Positions 38,894 to 49,636 are shown, counted from the whole stretch's first letter. The stretch: 63,108 nt of DNA, filler included, from a candidate division TA06 bacterium SM23_40 (GCA_001303705.1; 5 parts of 5 records of this genome joined end to end with filler, not necessarily neighbours in it), one strand, 5' to 3'. Notes: generated by a model from the sequence alone, not told the origin. Translations and numbers: made by a program.

Positions 38894-40339
38894 ATGAGAG
38901 TAACGAAATACTGTATTCTTGTGGGTTCACTCGTGGCGGCGACATGCGCAGTGGTCCTGAATGCCCCATTGTCCGCCTGGTGTGCGGGGAATGATCCCCT
39001 GCTCTGGACCAGCTTTCTGTTACAGAACTATGATCAGGACCTCGGAGAGCTGCTGAAACAGGGACACGATGTCGTGCGGATGCACCCTGCCGCATCGATG
39101 GTCGAAATCATAGTCTCCCGGGGGGGCTTCGACCAGCTCCTCGCCCGGGGCTATTCCGGCCAGATAATCGATATTTCTCAGCCGTTCAGGGAGCTCGTCT
39201 ACGGCGATCCCCCACAGGCGGAGTACTACGACTACGATGAGATTGCGCAGGGGCTCCTGGATATCCAGAATCAGTATCCGGGGATCGCGAAGCGTGTCGA
39301 CCTGACGACGTACCTCGATGTGCCGGAGACACACGAGGGGCGTCACATCTATGCCCTCAAGGTGAGTGACAATGTCGCGGACGACGAGGACGAGGCCGCC
39401 GTGGTCTTCGAATGCGGCCATCATGCCCGGGAGTTGGTGACCCATGTGATCGGGATGGACATCTGTGAGCAGCTGACCAGCCTCTATGACTTCGATCCGA
39501 TGGTGACGAAGTGGGTGGACCGGATGGAGATATGGATCGTCCCCTGCGTCAATCCCGACGGGCTTGAGTATGTCTGGGACTACAACGAGTGGTGGCGGAA
39601 GAATAGACGATACAACGGCGGGGACGAGTGGGGTGTGGACAATAATCGGAACTACCCGTTCGGGTGGCGCGTGTGGGGCAACTGGAGCAGCAATCCGGGG
39701 AGCCAGGTCTACACCGGCCCTTCGCCGTTGTCAGAGCCGGAGAACAAGACGATGGTTGCGCTCTGGGAGCATCTCGTGCCCGTGGTGATGCTCGACTATC
39801 ACAGCTATGGTGACGAGGTACTCGATACGTATGTCTACTTCACGATGGCTGAGCCGCTGAAGCATGATACAATCCGGAATTATCTGGAGAGCAAACTCAA
39901 CTACGGATCGCGATCGCCATCGTCGACGGGGGAGGCTCCCGAGGAGGCGTACCACACCTATGGGGTCGTATGTTATCTCCTCGAAGTAGGGTACGACTTC
40001 CAGCCTCCGTTCTGGCAGGCGCAACAGCACGTAGAGGAGAACAGGGCAGGGTGGCGGTTCATGCTCAACCTTCCATTCGTGGCGCCGGGAGTGACGGGCA
40101 GGGTGACTGACTCGACGACCGGCGACCCGCTCGTGGCCACCTATGAGATCGAGGAGATAGATTTCGTAGAAGGGGAGATCCGGCGCACCGAGCCGGGGCA
40201 CGGCCGCTACATCGAGCTTCTGCCCGGCAATTCGACCTATCACTTGACGTTCTCCGCTGACGGGTACGCGCCGAAGACCGTACCCGTCTTCGTGGGGAAC
40301 AGAATCGTGTTCAGGGGAGTACAGCTCGATCCGCTCTAG
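38894..40339 (+). CDS. Secreted M14 zinc carboxypeptidase with C-terminal carboxypeptidase-regulatory-like domain
   Basis: Signal peptide; HHARE, NPDG, WRKNRR, GVDNNRNY, SEPE, DYHSY, LLEVG; GRVTD..PL..YHLTFSADGY. Confidence 0.92.
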   Translation: MRVTKYCILVGSLVAATCAVVLNAPLSAWCAGNDPLLWTSFLLQNYDQDLGELLKQGHDVVRMHPAASMVEIIVSRGGFDQLLARGYSGQIIDISQPFRELVYGDPPQAEYYDYDEIAQGLLDIQNQYPGIAKRVDLTTYLDVPETHEGRHIYALKVSDNVADDEDEAAVVFECGHHARELVTHVIGMDICEQLTSLYDFDPMVTKWVDRMEIWIVPCVNPDGLEYVWDYNEWWRKNRRYNGGDEWGVDNNRNYPFGWRVWGNWSSNPGSQVYTGPSPLSEPENKTMVALWEHLVPVVMLDYHSYGDEVLDTYVYFTMAEPLKHDTIRNYLESKLNYGSRSPSSTGEAPEEAYHTYGVVCYLLEVGYDFQPPFWQAQQHVEENRAGWRFMLNLPFVAPGVTGRVTDSTTGDPLVATYEIEEIDFVEGEIRRTEPGHGRYIELLPGNSTYHLTFSADGYAPKTVPVFVGNRIVFRGVQLDPL

Positions 40340-40378
40340 GTTTTCTTCTGTCCCGAGGTTTCGCCCGGGGGAACGCAC

Positions 40379-40410
40379 GACGCCCGCCACTCCGCAGAGT
40401 GACGGGCGTC
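40379..40410. terminator. Hairpin between convergent genes
   Basis: GACGCCCG-C-CACTC-CGCA-GAGTG-A-CGGGCGTC. Confidence 0.6.
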
Positions 40411-40442
40411 TTCGTCATATTCGTCGTCCGGGCGGACAACTT

Positions 40443-41708
40443 CTACTTCGGGCGATTCCAGTCCTGGGGCCCTGCGAGATAGGGCATTGGCGGATTCGGA
40501 CTGATCTCGTCGACGATGGTGATATCTCCCGTCTCGCCGTTGACCGTGAGGACGTTCCACCACCAGTTCGCCTCGGCGGAATCAGGGGGGACATCGAGCG
40601 AGTGGAGTTCGCCCTCGGGTCCGAGGACGGTGACGTTCGCCGAGGAAGTCGCTATCGTCCCGGCGCCAGAAAAGTGAAAGACAGAGTAGTAGTAGGTTCC
40701 CGGGAAGAACTGATAGATCGTGATGTTCTCCGGCCCGTAGCTCGTGACGTCGTCCACATCGAGCTCGGCGTAGGGAGCGGATTCCTGCGATCCCTGGCTG
40801 GCGTAGTAGACGTGGTAGGTGCTGCCCTCGATCTCCGGTGTCCAGAGGTGGCTGTCGAGATCAGATGGGTCCTGCCCCCACGTCAGCGTGAGCCGCAGCT
40901 CGAAGTCTCGGTGGAGCTCGATGTCCATGAGATAGATCGGCGTGATGACCCTTCCGTCGGAGTGGGTGCCGTAGCAGTAATAGCCGATATCATCGCCGAA
41001 GATCCCGAGTGCCTCACCGAGGAGCGCCACGAAGAGGGGGAGGCCGGCATTGACGATATCCTCGGCGAAGGCGATGGTCCTCGTAGTATACCCGAGCTTC
41101 TCGCCGGCCGTCTCGGTCACATGCAGGATCTTCCCGATCTGCTGAACCCATCCCTCATATGATGCGATGACGGCGAGGAGGTCCTCGGCATTCAGGCTGT
41201 CACAGACCCAGGTGATGTGTTGCTCGTCCCGGAGGTCGCCGATATGGTCGGGGTCGGTCGCATACTCATAGACGAGCAGCGTGGTTTCAGTGAGTGTCAT
41301 GACGATATATATCGTCTGCTGTGAGGCGGCGGGACTCCTCGCCGGCTTCTGCGTGGAGGCGTGGGTCGGTAGAGTTTCGATCGCGATGTCCGGGTAGTAC
41401 TGTGAGGAGCTGTCATTGGCCACGACGCAGACGTAGTTCGAGCTGAGCGATACTCTGAGCAGTATGCCCTCGAGAGGCTGTTGGGCGGCGTCCTGAACCG
41501 TTATGTCAAGACTGAGCCCCCCGAGATCGAAACCGACATTGCCCTGAGCATCGGTGACGTGGTCGCCCGTCACGGGCAGATCTATTCCGGGCTCCGGCTC
41601 CGCGGGCGTGTCTTCCCCTTTACAGCCGGCAAGCAGGATGATGAGGAGAGCGGCCGCGAAGGCCGTTGCGGCCGCGGTGAGCAGGCTCCTGGTGCGCAGA
41701 GAGTGCAT
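40443..41708 (-). CDS. Lipoprotein with C-terminal YfaP/DUF2135-like domain
   Basis: Lipobox LLAG-C; LRLTLTWG..DLDSHL, LDVDDVTSYGPENITI, GTYYYSV. Confidence 0.78.
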   Translation of the reverse strand: MHSLRTRSLLTAAATAFAAALLIILLAGCKGEDTPAEPEPGIDLPVTGDHVTDAQGNVGFDLGGLSLDITVQDAAQQPLEGILLRVSLSSNYVCVVANDSSSQYYPDIAIETLPTHASTQKPARSPAASQQTIYIVMTLTETTLLVYEYATDPDHIGDLRDEQHITWVCDSLNAEDLLAVIASYEGWVQQIGKILHVTETAGEKLGYTTRTIAFAEDIVNAGLPLFVALLGEALGIFGDDIGYYCYGTHSDGRVITPIYLMDIELHRDFELRLTLTWGQDPSDLDSHLWTPEIEGSTYHVYYASQGSQESAPYAELDVDDVTSYGPENITIYQFFPGTYYYSVFHFSGAGTIATSSANVTVLGPEGELHSLDVPPDSAEANWWWNVLTVNGETGDITIVDEISPNPPMPYLAGPQDWNRPK

Positions 41709-41931
41709 GATTGCCTCCTTCTCTCGTTGTCACCTCCGGCGTGCGCGAGATGGTAGGGATGATAACCTACAGCGTGCAAAGAGATAATGGCCAACTCTCT
41801 CTCTTCTGTCAATGCCCTTTTTCCGAACGATCCCGGAAGTGCACCGAGAGAGGCATCCCTTTTGCAGCTCCCTTGTATCGGTCGCGTCTCCTCAGGGGCG
41901 CGGGGGCGAGTGAATGGAGTACCACCGGTAC

Positions 41932-42876
41932 CTATCTGGGGGCACAAAGTCGTCTCATGTAAAACCGCCTGCCGCGGTAGGTGAGCTCGACCATTCTCCC
42001 ATCATCGATGAGCTTCTCGACTACGGCCCAGTCGCTCCCCGCCTTCGCCAGCAGGATATCCACGGCATCGGCTCGCATGGGGTGGACGGCGGTGATGCTC
42101 AACAGATCTTCTTCGACGTTTCCAGTGAACGCGAATGCATTTCCTTCATATCCAAGCAGGCACTCGACCGCGAGGGATCTCTCGGCAAAGGTGTGGTACG
42201 CGGTATTGACCATCTCTTCCGAAGGGACGGCGACAATGCGCTCTGCCGGCGGTCTCGTCGGAACGGAGAGATAGCTTGTCTGCGGAGCAAGACCTGCAAT
42301 GAAGGAGGCTGCCTTCGCCAGTCCGTCGGCAGCAGTGTTGATGTCCTTCACCAGCATCGTTTCGGTCACGAGCTCCCCTCTGAAGTGATGAGAGAAGTCG
42401 GCGACGCCCTCTAGGACCTGATCGAGCTTCAGGTCAGGATGAGGCCTGTTCACGCGTTGCCAGACCTCCTGACTCGCGGTGTCGATCTTGAGGGAAATCC
42501 AGTCAAGCCCTTCTAGATCGGTCCGAACATCTTCACGCCACAGCAGGGAGGCGTTCGATATGGCCCCGATCCTCTTTCCCAGCCCTTTGAGGAGACCGAT
42601 TGTCCTTCCGAGATTCAGATCGAGCGTGGGCTCTCCGTCGGGGACGAGCGTGAGGATGTCGATCGCCTCGGCCTTCTTCTCTGCAGCCTCGAGCCGCGCC
42701 TCGACCTGGCGGGCAATCTCCTCCGGATCGTAGAACCGGGTGCGTTCGATGACCCTCCGAGGGGTCTTCCCCAGCTGGCAGTAGATGCATGAATAGGTGC
42801 AGTGCTTGGGCGGGATGTTGTTGATGCCGAGGCTCTGCCCGAGGCGTCTCGATGGGACGGGTCCAAAGACGATCAT
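41932..42876 (-). CDS. Radical SAM protein (COG0731-like Fe-S oxidoreductase)
   Basis: FGPVPSRRLGQSLGIN, CTYSCIYCQLG, DGEPTL, PTRPPAE. Confidence 0.9.
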   Translation of the reverse strand: MIVFGPVPSRRLGQSLGINNIPPKHCTYSCIYCQLGKTPRRVIERTRFYDPEEIARQVEARLEAAEKKAEAIDILTLVPDGEPTLDLNLGRTIGLLKGLGKRIGAISNASLLWREDVRTDLEGLDWISLKIDTASQEVWQRVNRPHPDLKLDQVLEGVADFSHHFRGELVTETMLVKDINTAADGLAKAASFIAGLAPQTSYLSVPTRPPAERIVAVPSEEMVNTAYHTFAERSLAVECLLGYEGNAFAFTGNVEEDLLSITAVHPMRADAVDILLAKAGSDWAVVEKLIDDGRMVELTYRGRRFYMRRLCAPR

Positions 42877-42903
42877 CGCCGGCCGCCTTCCGCGCGCTGC
42901 GGA

Positions 42904-44538
42904 CTACTCGCCCTCGAGCACGACGGAGAATGGAAAGCTCCGCTCGTCTATCACGGTATTCGGTGGATTGCCCACTTTCGCCTTGTATGCGTAGTCCCCG
43001 AGCGGGGGGGTGGGGGGGACTGTGTGCGAGAGAGTGCGTGATTTCATCTGGCCTGGTTCGAGCACGAAGTTGACGGGTCCGACGACCGGCCCATATGGAT
43101 TGCCGTTGGGCAGCTCCACCTCCGCCACATACCAGGCGCTCAGCTGGGTCTGGGTGTTATTATATACGGTCGCGCGGTATGAGAGCGTTTCGCCCGGCAG
43201 GAGCTGGCGCTGATCGGGAGCAAGCAGGAGCGTGATCTCAGGCGTTGGAAGGGCATCGCCGTCGAACGCGAGGAGATGTGTCGGCGCATAGCCGTGATCC
43301 TGCAGGCCGACGAGAATGTCGGGCAGGTGATCGCCGTTGAGGTCAGGGGCCGAGCTCACATCGTACACACGCTCTGTAGTCGGATAGGACCAGATCTCTG
43401 CTCCGTCCACGCCGGAGAGGCAGACAGCCCGATAGCCATTGAGAGAGCCGACCGCCACGTCATCCACCCCGTCTCCGTTCACGTCGGAGAGAGCGTCGAC
43501 TGACCAGTTGTCGGAGCCGACCCAGACCGACCAGATGATCTCCCCCGACTCACCCTCGAGGCAATAGACTGAGCTAGACCAGGAGCCTACGATGACATCG
43601 TCGATCCCGTTGCCGGTCACGTCGCGTATGATGCTGAGCTCCATGATGATGGTGCCGATGTCTCTCGTCCAGAGCACGAGCCCGTTCGTGCCGTCGAGAC
43701 ACGCCACATAGTCAGCCCATCCCCCCGCAACGACGTCTTCGATCTCGTCTCCATTGATGTCCTCGATGATCGCGACATCGGAGACCGAGGCCTCCAGGTC
43801 GCGCTGCCAGATGGATGAGCCGGAGGGGCCGTCGAGAGCCCAGACGCGGTTATCGAGGCTGTTACCCCCTGCCCCTACTATGATATCGTCGGCGTCGTCT
43901 CCATTGATGTCAGCGATGACGGCGAGAGACCATGCGCCGTCGAGAGGCACCCGCCAGGTCCAGATGGTGTCGCCGGACTCACCGTCGAAGAGGAAGACAG
44001 TCCCGCTCCGGTCACTCGAGTTTCCCCCGGCGGCGGCCGCAACCTCGGGCAGCTCGTCACCATCGACATCCGGATATGGTGCTACCTCGTGGAGCCAGCC
44101 CCAATTGGGTCCCTGGGTGTAGGTACACCAGGTCCAGACTGTAGTGCCGTCGGCTCCGTCCTTGAGGAAGACAGAGGATCCGGGGGCGATTCCGCCGGGC
44201 GTGCCCAGGATCACATCGTCGATCTCGTCGCCGGTCACATCCTCTATCGCCGCGAGTGCCTGATTGCCCCACGTGCCCTGGCAGTCGGAGCTCGCCCAGA
44301 TGAGCGCGCCGTCCGTTCCGCTCACACAGTAGAGGTTCGGTTCCGGGTCAGAGTAGTAGATGGCGGCGACAACATCCGGGACAAGGTCGCCATCCACGTC
44401 ATTGACGGGAATTGCGCTGTACACTCCGCCGCTCGTATTGAAATCCCACAACAGGATGGGCTGGGCCCCTGTGTCTGGGATGAGTATCGCGCTGGCGAGC
44501 AGAACGGACATAAGACCGACTATCTGATACCGAATCAT
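42904..44538 (-). CDS. Secreted FG-GAP/PQQ-like beta-propeller protein with C-terminal Ig-like domain
   Basis: Signal peptide; ~8 DxxGDxxxD repeats alternating with xDGxxGxxxW blades. Confidence 0.85.
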   Translation of the reverse strand: MIRYQIVGLMSVLLASAILIPDTGAQPILLWDFNTSGGVYSAIPVNDVDGDLVPDVVAAIYYSDPEPNLYCVSGTDGALIWASSDCQGTWGNQALAAIEDVTGDEIDDVILGTPGGIAPGSSVFLKDGADGTTVWTWCTYTQGPNWGWLHEVAPYPDVDGDELPEVAAAAGGNSSDRSGTVFLFDGESGDTIWTWRVPLDGAWSLAVIADINGDDADDIIVGAGGNSLDNRVWALDGPSGSSIWQRDLEASVSDVAIIEDINGDEIEDVVAGGWADYVACLDGTNGLVLWTRDIGTIIMELSIIRDVTGNGIDDVIVGSWSSSVYCLEGESGEIIWSVWVGSDNWSVDALSDVNGDGVDDVAVGSLNGYRAVCLSGVDGAEIWSYPTTERVYDVSSAPDLNGDHLPDILVGLQDHGYAPTHLLAFDGDALPTPEITLLLAPDQRQLLPGETLSYRATVYNNTQTQLSAWYVAEVELPNGNPYGPVVGPVNFVLEPGQMKSRTLSHTVPPTPPLGDYAYKAKVGNPPNTVIDERSFPFSVVLEGE

Positions 44539-44639
44539 GGTCCTTCCCCCCTGGGTTTTCCGTGGCTCTGAAGTCGCTTCGGTGCAGTCCTCACCCGGCG
44601 GCCCGATGCCTACCATTGAGCGACGCCCGTACCCTTTCT

Positions 44640-44740
44640 NNNNNNNNNNNNNNNNNNNNNNNNNNNNNNNNNNNNNNNNNNNNTTAATTAATTAANNNNN
44701 NNNNNNNNNNNNNNNNNNNNNNNNNNNNNNNNNNNNNNNT
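44640..44740. other. Artificial contig linker
   Basis: N-run with central TTAATTAATTAA. Confidence 0.98.
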
Positions 44741-45030
44741 ATGATTCGGTTCACTGGGAGAATTCGGATCGTGCGGGGTGGACAGAGCACTCCCGGCGTC
44801 TGGACTTTTTCGGGCTGCCGTCCCGGTGCACGATACGGATCTACACGTTGGATGGTGATCTGGTGGACACCGTCGACCATCCGAGCGGTGAGGCGATGGC
44901 GACGGCGTCGAGCGAGCCGTGGAATCTGATATCGCGCGACATACAGGCGATCGTATCGGGAGTGTATCTGTTTTCGGTCGAGTATGATAATGGGGACGTG
45001 CAGGTAGGAAAATTCGTGGTGATCAAGTAA
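44741..45030 (+). CDS. C-terminal fragment of a secreted protein with T9SS/FlgD-like sorting domain
   Basis: Frame from 44743: ..FFGLPSRCTIRIYTLDGDLV..WNL..SGVYLFSVE..GKFVVIK*. Confidence 0.8.
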
Positions 45031-45191
45031 TGTGGAGGCGCGGTCACCTGAGAGGGCCGTAGAAGAGCTTATCGGTCAGCGGGATTGGCGGTATCGTCGA
45101 TCCCGCTGCTCTTTGGTGTCAAGCCGCTCGGCAGGCAGAGGGATTTCGGCGAGCGTCGAGGATCTCGGGGCAATTTCGGCTGAGAAATCAG

Positions 45192-45220
45192 TTGACGCTA
45201 ACGTGGCTCTATGTTAGCTT
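45192..45220 (+). promoter_or_regulatory. Putative promoter of the mre operon
   Basis: TTGACG-17 nt-TAGCTT with TGn extension. Confidence 0.55.
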
Positions 45221-45355
45221 TTGCGGTGAAGAGAAGGATGTCCGGCGTCCGTCTGTCGCCGGCACAGGGGATTCGGCGTCTGTACAAGTCTGACGAGGTC
45301 GAGGCAACCCATGAGAGCACAGACTATCGAAGCAGCCCGAGAGGAGAGCGGTGGA

Positions 45356-46402
45356 ATGTTTGGCGGCTTCTGGCACTCAGTGTCGGGGTTCTTCACCAAC
45401 GAGGTGGCTATCGATCTGGGAACTGCCACTACGCTCATCTACGTGCGCGGCCGCGGGATCGTGCTGAATGAGCCATCTGTGGTAGCGATCGACAAGGCGA
45501 CGGGCAAGACCATCGCCGTGGGCACAGAGGCGAAGAAGATGCTCGGCAAGACGCCCGGAGATATCGCCGCGATCAGGCCGATGAAAGATGGCGTTATTGC
45601 CGATTTCGAGGTGACCGAGGAGATGCTGCGCGGATTCATCTCCAAGATCCAGCGCAAGCGGATATTCATACGGCCCAGGGTGATCGTCTGCGTGCCATCT
45701 GGTATCACTGAGGTCGAGAAGCGAGCGGTACGTGACTCAGTGGAACACGCGGGCGCCCGCGAGGTCTACCTCGTCCAGGAGCCGGTCGCCGCGGCAGTAG
45801 GTGTGGGGCTCCCTGTCGATTCGCCGTCCGGGAATATGGTGGTCGATATCGGAGGCGGTACAACTGAGATCGCTGTAATCGCGCTCTCGGGCATCGTCTC
45901 GAACAGCACGATTCGTGTCGCCGGGGACGAGATGGATGAAGCGGTGTGGAATTACGTCAAGAAGACCTACAACGTGCTGATCGGCGAGCAGACCGCAGAG
46001 GCCATCAAGCTCAAGGTGGGATCGGCCTATCCCGTCGGTGACGAGGAGGAGATGGAGATCAGGGGACGTGACCTCGTAGCGGGGATACCGAAGACTCTGA
46101 GAATAAGCTCTGTTGAAATCAGGGAAGCTCTCAGGGAGACGGTCTACATGATAGTGGAGGCGATGAAGCTTGCGCTGGAGAAGACGCCGCCCGAACTGGC
46201 AGCTGACATCGTCGATAAGGGGATCGTCATGACAGGCGGTGGGTCTCTCCTCAAGGGGCTCGATGCGCTGTTACGAGAGGAGACGAATCTCCCGATTAAT
46301 GTTGCGGAGAATCCGACTGAGTGTGTCGTGCTCGGCACGGGGAGGATTCTCGAAAACCTGAACGCGTTCGAGAAAGTGCTCATTCGAAGCAGGAAGGAAT
46401 AG
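45356..46402 (+). CDS. mreB: Rod shape-determining protein MreB
   Basis: IDLGTA, EPSVVA, RPMKDGVIADF, VDIGGGTTE, TGGG.LL. Confidence 0.97.
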   Translation: MFGGFWHSVSGFFTNEVAIDLGTATTLIYVRGRGIVLNEPSVVAIDKATGKTIAVGTEAKKMLGKTPGDIAAIRPMKDGVIADFEVTEEMLRGFISKIQRKRIFIRPRVIVCVPSGITEVEKRAVRDSVEHAGAREVYLVQEPVAAAVGVGLPVDSPSGNMVVDIGGGTTEIAVIALSGIVSNSTIRVAGDEMDEAVWNYVKKTYNVLIGEQTAEAIKLKVGSAYPVGDEEEMEIRGRDLVAGIPKTLRISSVEIREALRETVYMIVEAMKLALEKTPPELAADIVDKGIVMTGGGSLLKGLDALLREETNLPINVAENPTECVVLGTGRILENLNAFEKVLIRSRKE

Positions 46403-46403
46403 G

Positions 46404-47297
46404 ATGCAGCGATTGGTCGATCTTCTCGTACGGTACCGAGATCAATCACTCTTCACTGTTCTCTTGCTGGCCTCGGTGAGCATGCTGCTTCTGCGCGAGG
46501 ACTTGAAGATGGAGGGCGCCAGGGTCGTATCGAGCGTCCTCTTTGCTCCAATTCAGAGGGTGGTCGTGTTGGCGAGGGACATCGTCGACCTGCGCCAAGA
46601 GAACCGTCGGCTCTCGATGCTCGTGATGAAACTCGCCTACCAGAATGACCAGCTGGCAGAGCTGCAGTATGAGAACGAGAGGCTGCGGGGATTAATCGAG
46701 TTCAAGGAGAAGAGCCGTTTCGTAGTGCTGCCGGCAGAGGTCATCGGCCGAAGTCCGAGTCGCGTGAGCTCCTCGGTCCTCATCGATCGAGGGAGCCGGG
46801 ACGGTGTCGAGAGGAACATGGCCGTGGTGACGGCTGAGGGCGTTGTCGGTAAGACGATCGATGTCTATCCCGAAACAGCCCTCGTCCAGACTCTCATTGA
46901 TCGCAACTCCCGAGTGAGCTGTGTCGTCTCCAGGAGCAGGGTCGTTGGTATCCTAGCCTGGCATGGCGGCTTCCTCTGCACGCTCGAGATGATTCCCGAA
47001 CAGGGCGACGTTGAGGTGGGGGATCTCGTGGTCACCTCCGGTCTTGGTGGCGTCTTCCCAAAGGGGCTGCGTGTGGGCACCGTGGTCGAAGTCGGTGCCG
47101 AGGCCCAGGGGTTGTTCCGCAGAGTAATCGTGAGAGTCTCGGCAGATCTGTCGAAGGTGGAGGAAGTCTTCGTGATTGCAGGAGGTGGTCTGGGAGAGGC
47201 ACTCGAGCTGGAGCCCGAGACCCGTCCAGCGCTCTCCACAACCGTGACTGAAGGCGAGGCCGAGCGGTCTCTCATCGTCGAAGGGGATATCGAATGA
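46404..47297 (+). CDS. mreC: Rod shape-determining protein MreC
   Basis: ENERLR, IDRGSRDGV, GVVGK, TSGLGGVFPKG; synteny. Confidence 0.95.
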   Translation: MQRLVDLLVRYRDQSLFTVLLLASVSMLLLREDLKMEGARVVSSVLFAPIQRVVVLARDIVDLRQENRRLSMLVMKLAYQNDQLAELQYENERLRGLIEFKEKSRFVVLPAEVIGRSPSRVSSSVLIDRGSRDGVERNMAVVTAEGVVGKTIDVYPETALVQTLIDRNSRVSCVVSRSRVVGILAWHGGFLCTLEMIPEQGDVEVGDLVVTSGLGGVFPKGLRVGTVVEVGAEAQGLFRRVIVRVSADLSKVEEVFVIAGGGLGEALELEPETRPALSTTVTEGEAERSLIVEGDIE

Positions 47298-47788
47298 GGA
47301 AGTTCGCCGCTACGATTCTCATCGTAGTCGCGGCACTGTCCCTCCAGATGAGTCCGCTCAATATCGGGGAGATACTCGGCGTTCGTCCTGACTTGTTGCT
47401 CATCGTGCTCATCTATCTCTCCCTTGCCGAAGGGAGGAAGTGGGGCAGCGTATCGGGCTTCGCGATCGGATTCGTGCAGGATCTATACCAGGCACCGGAC
47501 CAGCTCGGACTCAATGCCCTCATCAAAGTTCTGGTCGGATTCTTCCTCGGATCTCTCAAGGGACGTATCTACCTGAAGGGCTTGTCCGAAAGGTGGGCGA
47601 TTGTCTTCGCCGTCTGTTTCGCGCACGATCTGCTCTATTATCTGATCTACTTCTCGTTTCGTTTCCCGCCCTTCTTGTCCACTATGATCCGTTTTGCCCT
47701 GCCTGGGGCGATCTACTCGGCCACCGTCGGTAGTCTCTTGTTCATACTGCTCGATCGCCTCCGGATGTGGAGGACAGCGCCGACATGA
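47294..47788 (+). CDS. mreD: Rod shape-determining protein MreD
   Basis: PDLLLI, GFAIGFVQD, LGLNAL; hydrophobic; synteny. Confidence 0.92.
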   Translation: MRKFAATILIVVAALSLQMSPLNIGEILGVRPDLLLIVLIYLSLAEGRKWGSVSGFAIGFVQDLYQAPDQLGLNALIKVLVGFFLGSLKGRIYLKGLSERWAIVFAVCFAHDLLYYLIYFSFRFPPFLSTMIRFALPGAIYSATVGSLLFILLDRLRMWRTAPT

Positions 47789-49581
47789 GGATGGCAGAAG
47801 ACTACGGGCAGGAGCAGAGGAGGCGGCAGCTTATCGTTGTCATCGGGATCGCCTTCGTTCTGCTTGTTGGGCGTATTGCGCAACTGCAGATCGTTGAAGG
47901 AGCACGGTACGAGGAGCTCTCTGAGCGTAACCGGATCCGCATGATTCTGAATCCTGCCCCGAGGGGTGTCATCCTCGACCGGAACGGCAGAGTCCTCGTC
48001 GATTCCCGGCCTGGCTACGTGATCGCCGTGGTGCCCGATGTGGTCGAGGCCGACACGGGGACCATAGCCAAGCTCGCCGGAGTGCTCGATGTGCCGATCG
48101 AGGAGATACACGAGAGGATTACGGGTAGGGATGTGCACCCTCTGGAGCCCGTGAAGATTGCCAGAGGAGTGGGGATCGAAATCGTTTCTGTAATAGAGGA
48201 GCACCGTTCTGACTTATCAGGAGTGATGGTCGAGGCTGAGCCGATACGGCAATATCGGTTCGGAGCCTTAGCCAGTCACTTGCTCGGCTATCTCGGAGAG
48301 GTGTCGGAGAAAGAGATCCTCACCCTTCGAGAACGGGGCTACCATTATGGCGATCTCATAGGGCGCACAGGAGTGGAGGAAGCGTTCGAGGAGTACCTGA
48401 GAGGTGCGGAGGGTGTGGAGTTCGTCGAAGTCGACGCGCGGGGACGGGAGATCGGCCCCCTTCCCGGCAAGGAGACCGTCTACCCGACGCCCGGATCCAC
48501 CGTCCATCTGACGATAGACTACGAGCTCCAGTTGGTCCTCGAGGACGAATTGGAGGTGTACGATGCCGGGGCCGCGATCGCCCTTGATCCTCGGAGCGGC
48601 GACGTACTCGCGATGGTCTCGGTTCCCGACTTCGATCCAAATCGTCTCTCTTTCCGCATCGCGCCGGAGGAGTGGTCGTCGCTGCGGCGAGATCCTCTTT
48701 CTCCATTGTGGAACCGCGCGATCTGGAGCTGCTACCCCCCGGGCTCGACCCTCAAGGTGGCCACGGCAGCCGCTGCGCTGGAGGAAGGACTGATAGATGC
48801 CCGGACTCGTCTGACCCCCTGCCAGGGCGGCCTCCAATATGGACGTCGCAGGTTCAAGTGCTGGCGGCCTGAGGGACATGGGTCATTGATGACGGTAGAG
48901 GCAATCGTCCAATCGTGTGACGTCTTCTTCTATCAGGTCGGCAGCAAGCTCGGTGTTGACCGGCTCTCCCGGCATCTGAGACGATACGGCTTCGGTACGC
49001 CGACGGGTATCGATCTTGCGGGCGAGGCCAGCGGACTGGTTGCCGACATCACTTGGTACGATCGTAGATACGGCGAGGGCGGATGGTCCCCCGGGGTAGC
49101 GCTCAATCTTGCCATCGGACAGGGAGAGACGCTAGTCACTCCGCTCCAGTTAGCCTCGTTCTGCGGTGCGCTCGCGGTCGGCGGAGAGGTCCACATACCT
49201 CACGTGCTCGACCGGATCGTCGACCGGAGGGGGAGGTTGTTGAAGGAGGCGAGTCGCGGCGAGTTGACTCTCAATCTGACTCCAGCAACGCTCGACGTAT
49301 TGCGCGAGGCTATGTGGGGAGTGGTCAACGACGAAAAGGGAACGGGCCAGCTGGCAGGGGTCGCCGGTTGGGACGTCTGCGGGAAGACGGGGACCGCCCA
49401 GAATCCGCATGGTGAGGACCACAGCTGGTTCGTCGGATATGCCCCGATGGAGGATCCATCTATAGTCATCGCCGTGGTCGTCGAAAACGCGGGGCACGGT
49501 GGATCTGTGGCAGCTCCCATCGTGGGCAGAGCTATGCGGCATTACCTCTTGAGCATGTCGCATGTGGCGGCTGCCAGGTGA
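47785..49581 (+). CDS. mrdA: Penicillin-binding protein 2
   Basis: APRGVILDRNG, YPPGSTLK (SxxK), SCD, GKTGTAQ. Confidence 0.95.
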   Translation: MRMAEDYGQEQRRRQLIVVIGIAFVLLVGRIAQLQIVEGARYEELSERNRIRMILNPAPRGVILDRNGRVLVDSRPGYVIAVVPDVVEADTGTIAKLAGVLDVPIEEIHERITGRDVHPLEPVKIARGVGIEIVSVIEEHRSDLSGVMVEAEPIRQYRFGALASHLLGYLGEVSEKEILTLRERGYHYGDLIGRTGVEEAFEEYLRGAEGVEFVEVDARGREIGPLPGKETVYPTPGSTVHLTIDYELQLVLEDELEVYDAGAAIALDPRSGDVLAMVSVPDFDPNRLSFRIAPEEWSSLRRDPLSPLWNRAIWSCYPPGSTLKVATAAAALEEGLIDARTRLTPCQGGLQYGRRRFKCWRPEGHGSLMTVEAIVQSCDVFFYQVGSKLGVDRLSRHLRRYGFGTPTGIDLAGEASGLVADITWYDRRYGEGGWSPGVALNLAIGQGETLVTPLQLASFCGALAVGGEVHIPHVLDRIVDRRGRLLKEASRGELTLNLTPATLDVLREAMWGVVNDEKGTGQLAGVAGWDVCGKTGTAQNPHGEDHSWFVGYAPMEDPSIVIAVVVENAGHGGSVAAPIVGRAMRHYLLSMSHVAAAR

Positions 49582-49636
49582 GACACGAGGTTCGGCCGCT
49601 GCATACGGGGTCCGATGACGGACAGGAGTCTCTGGC

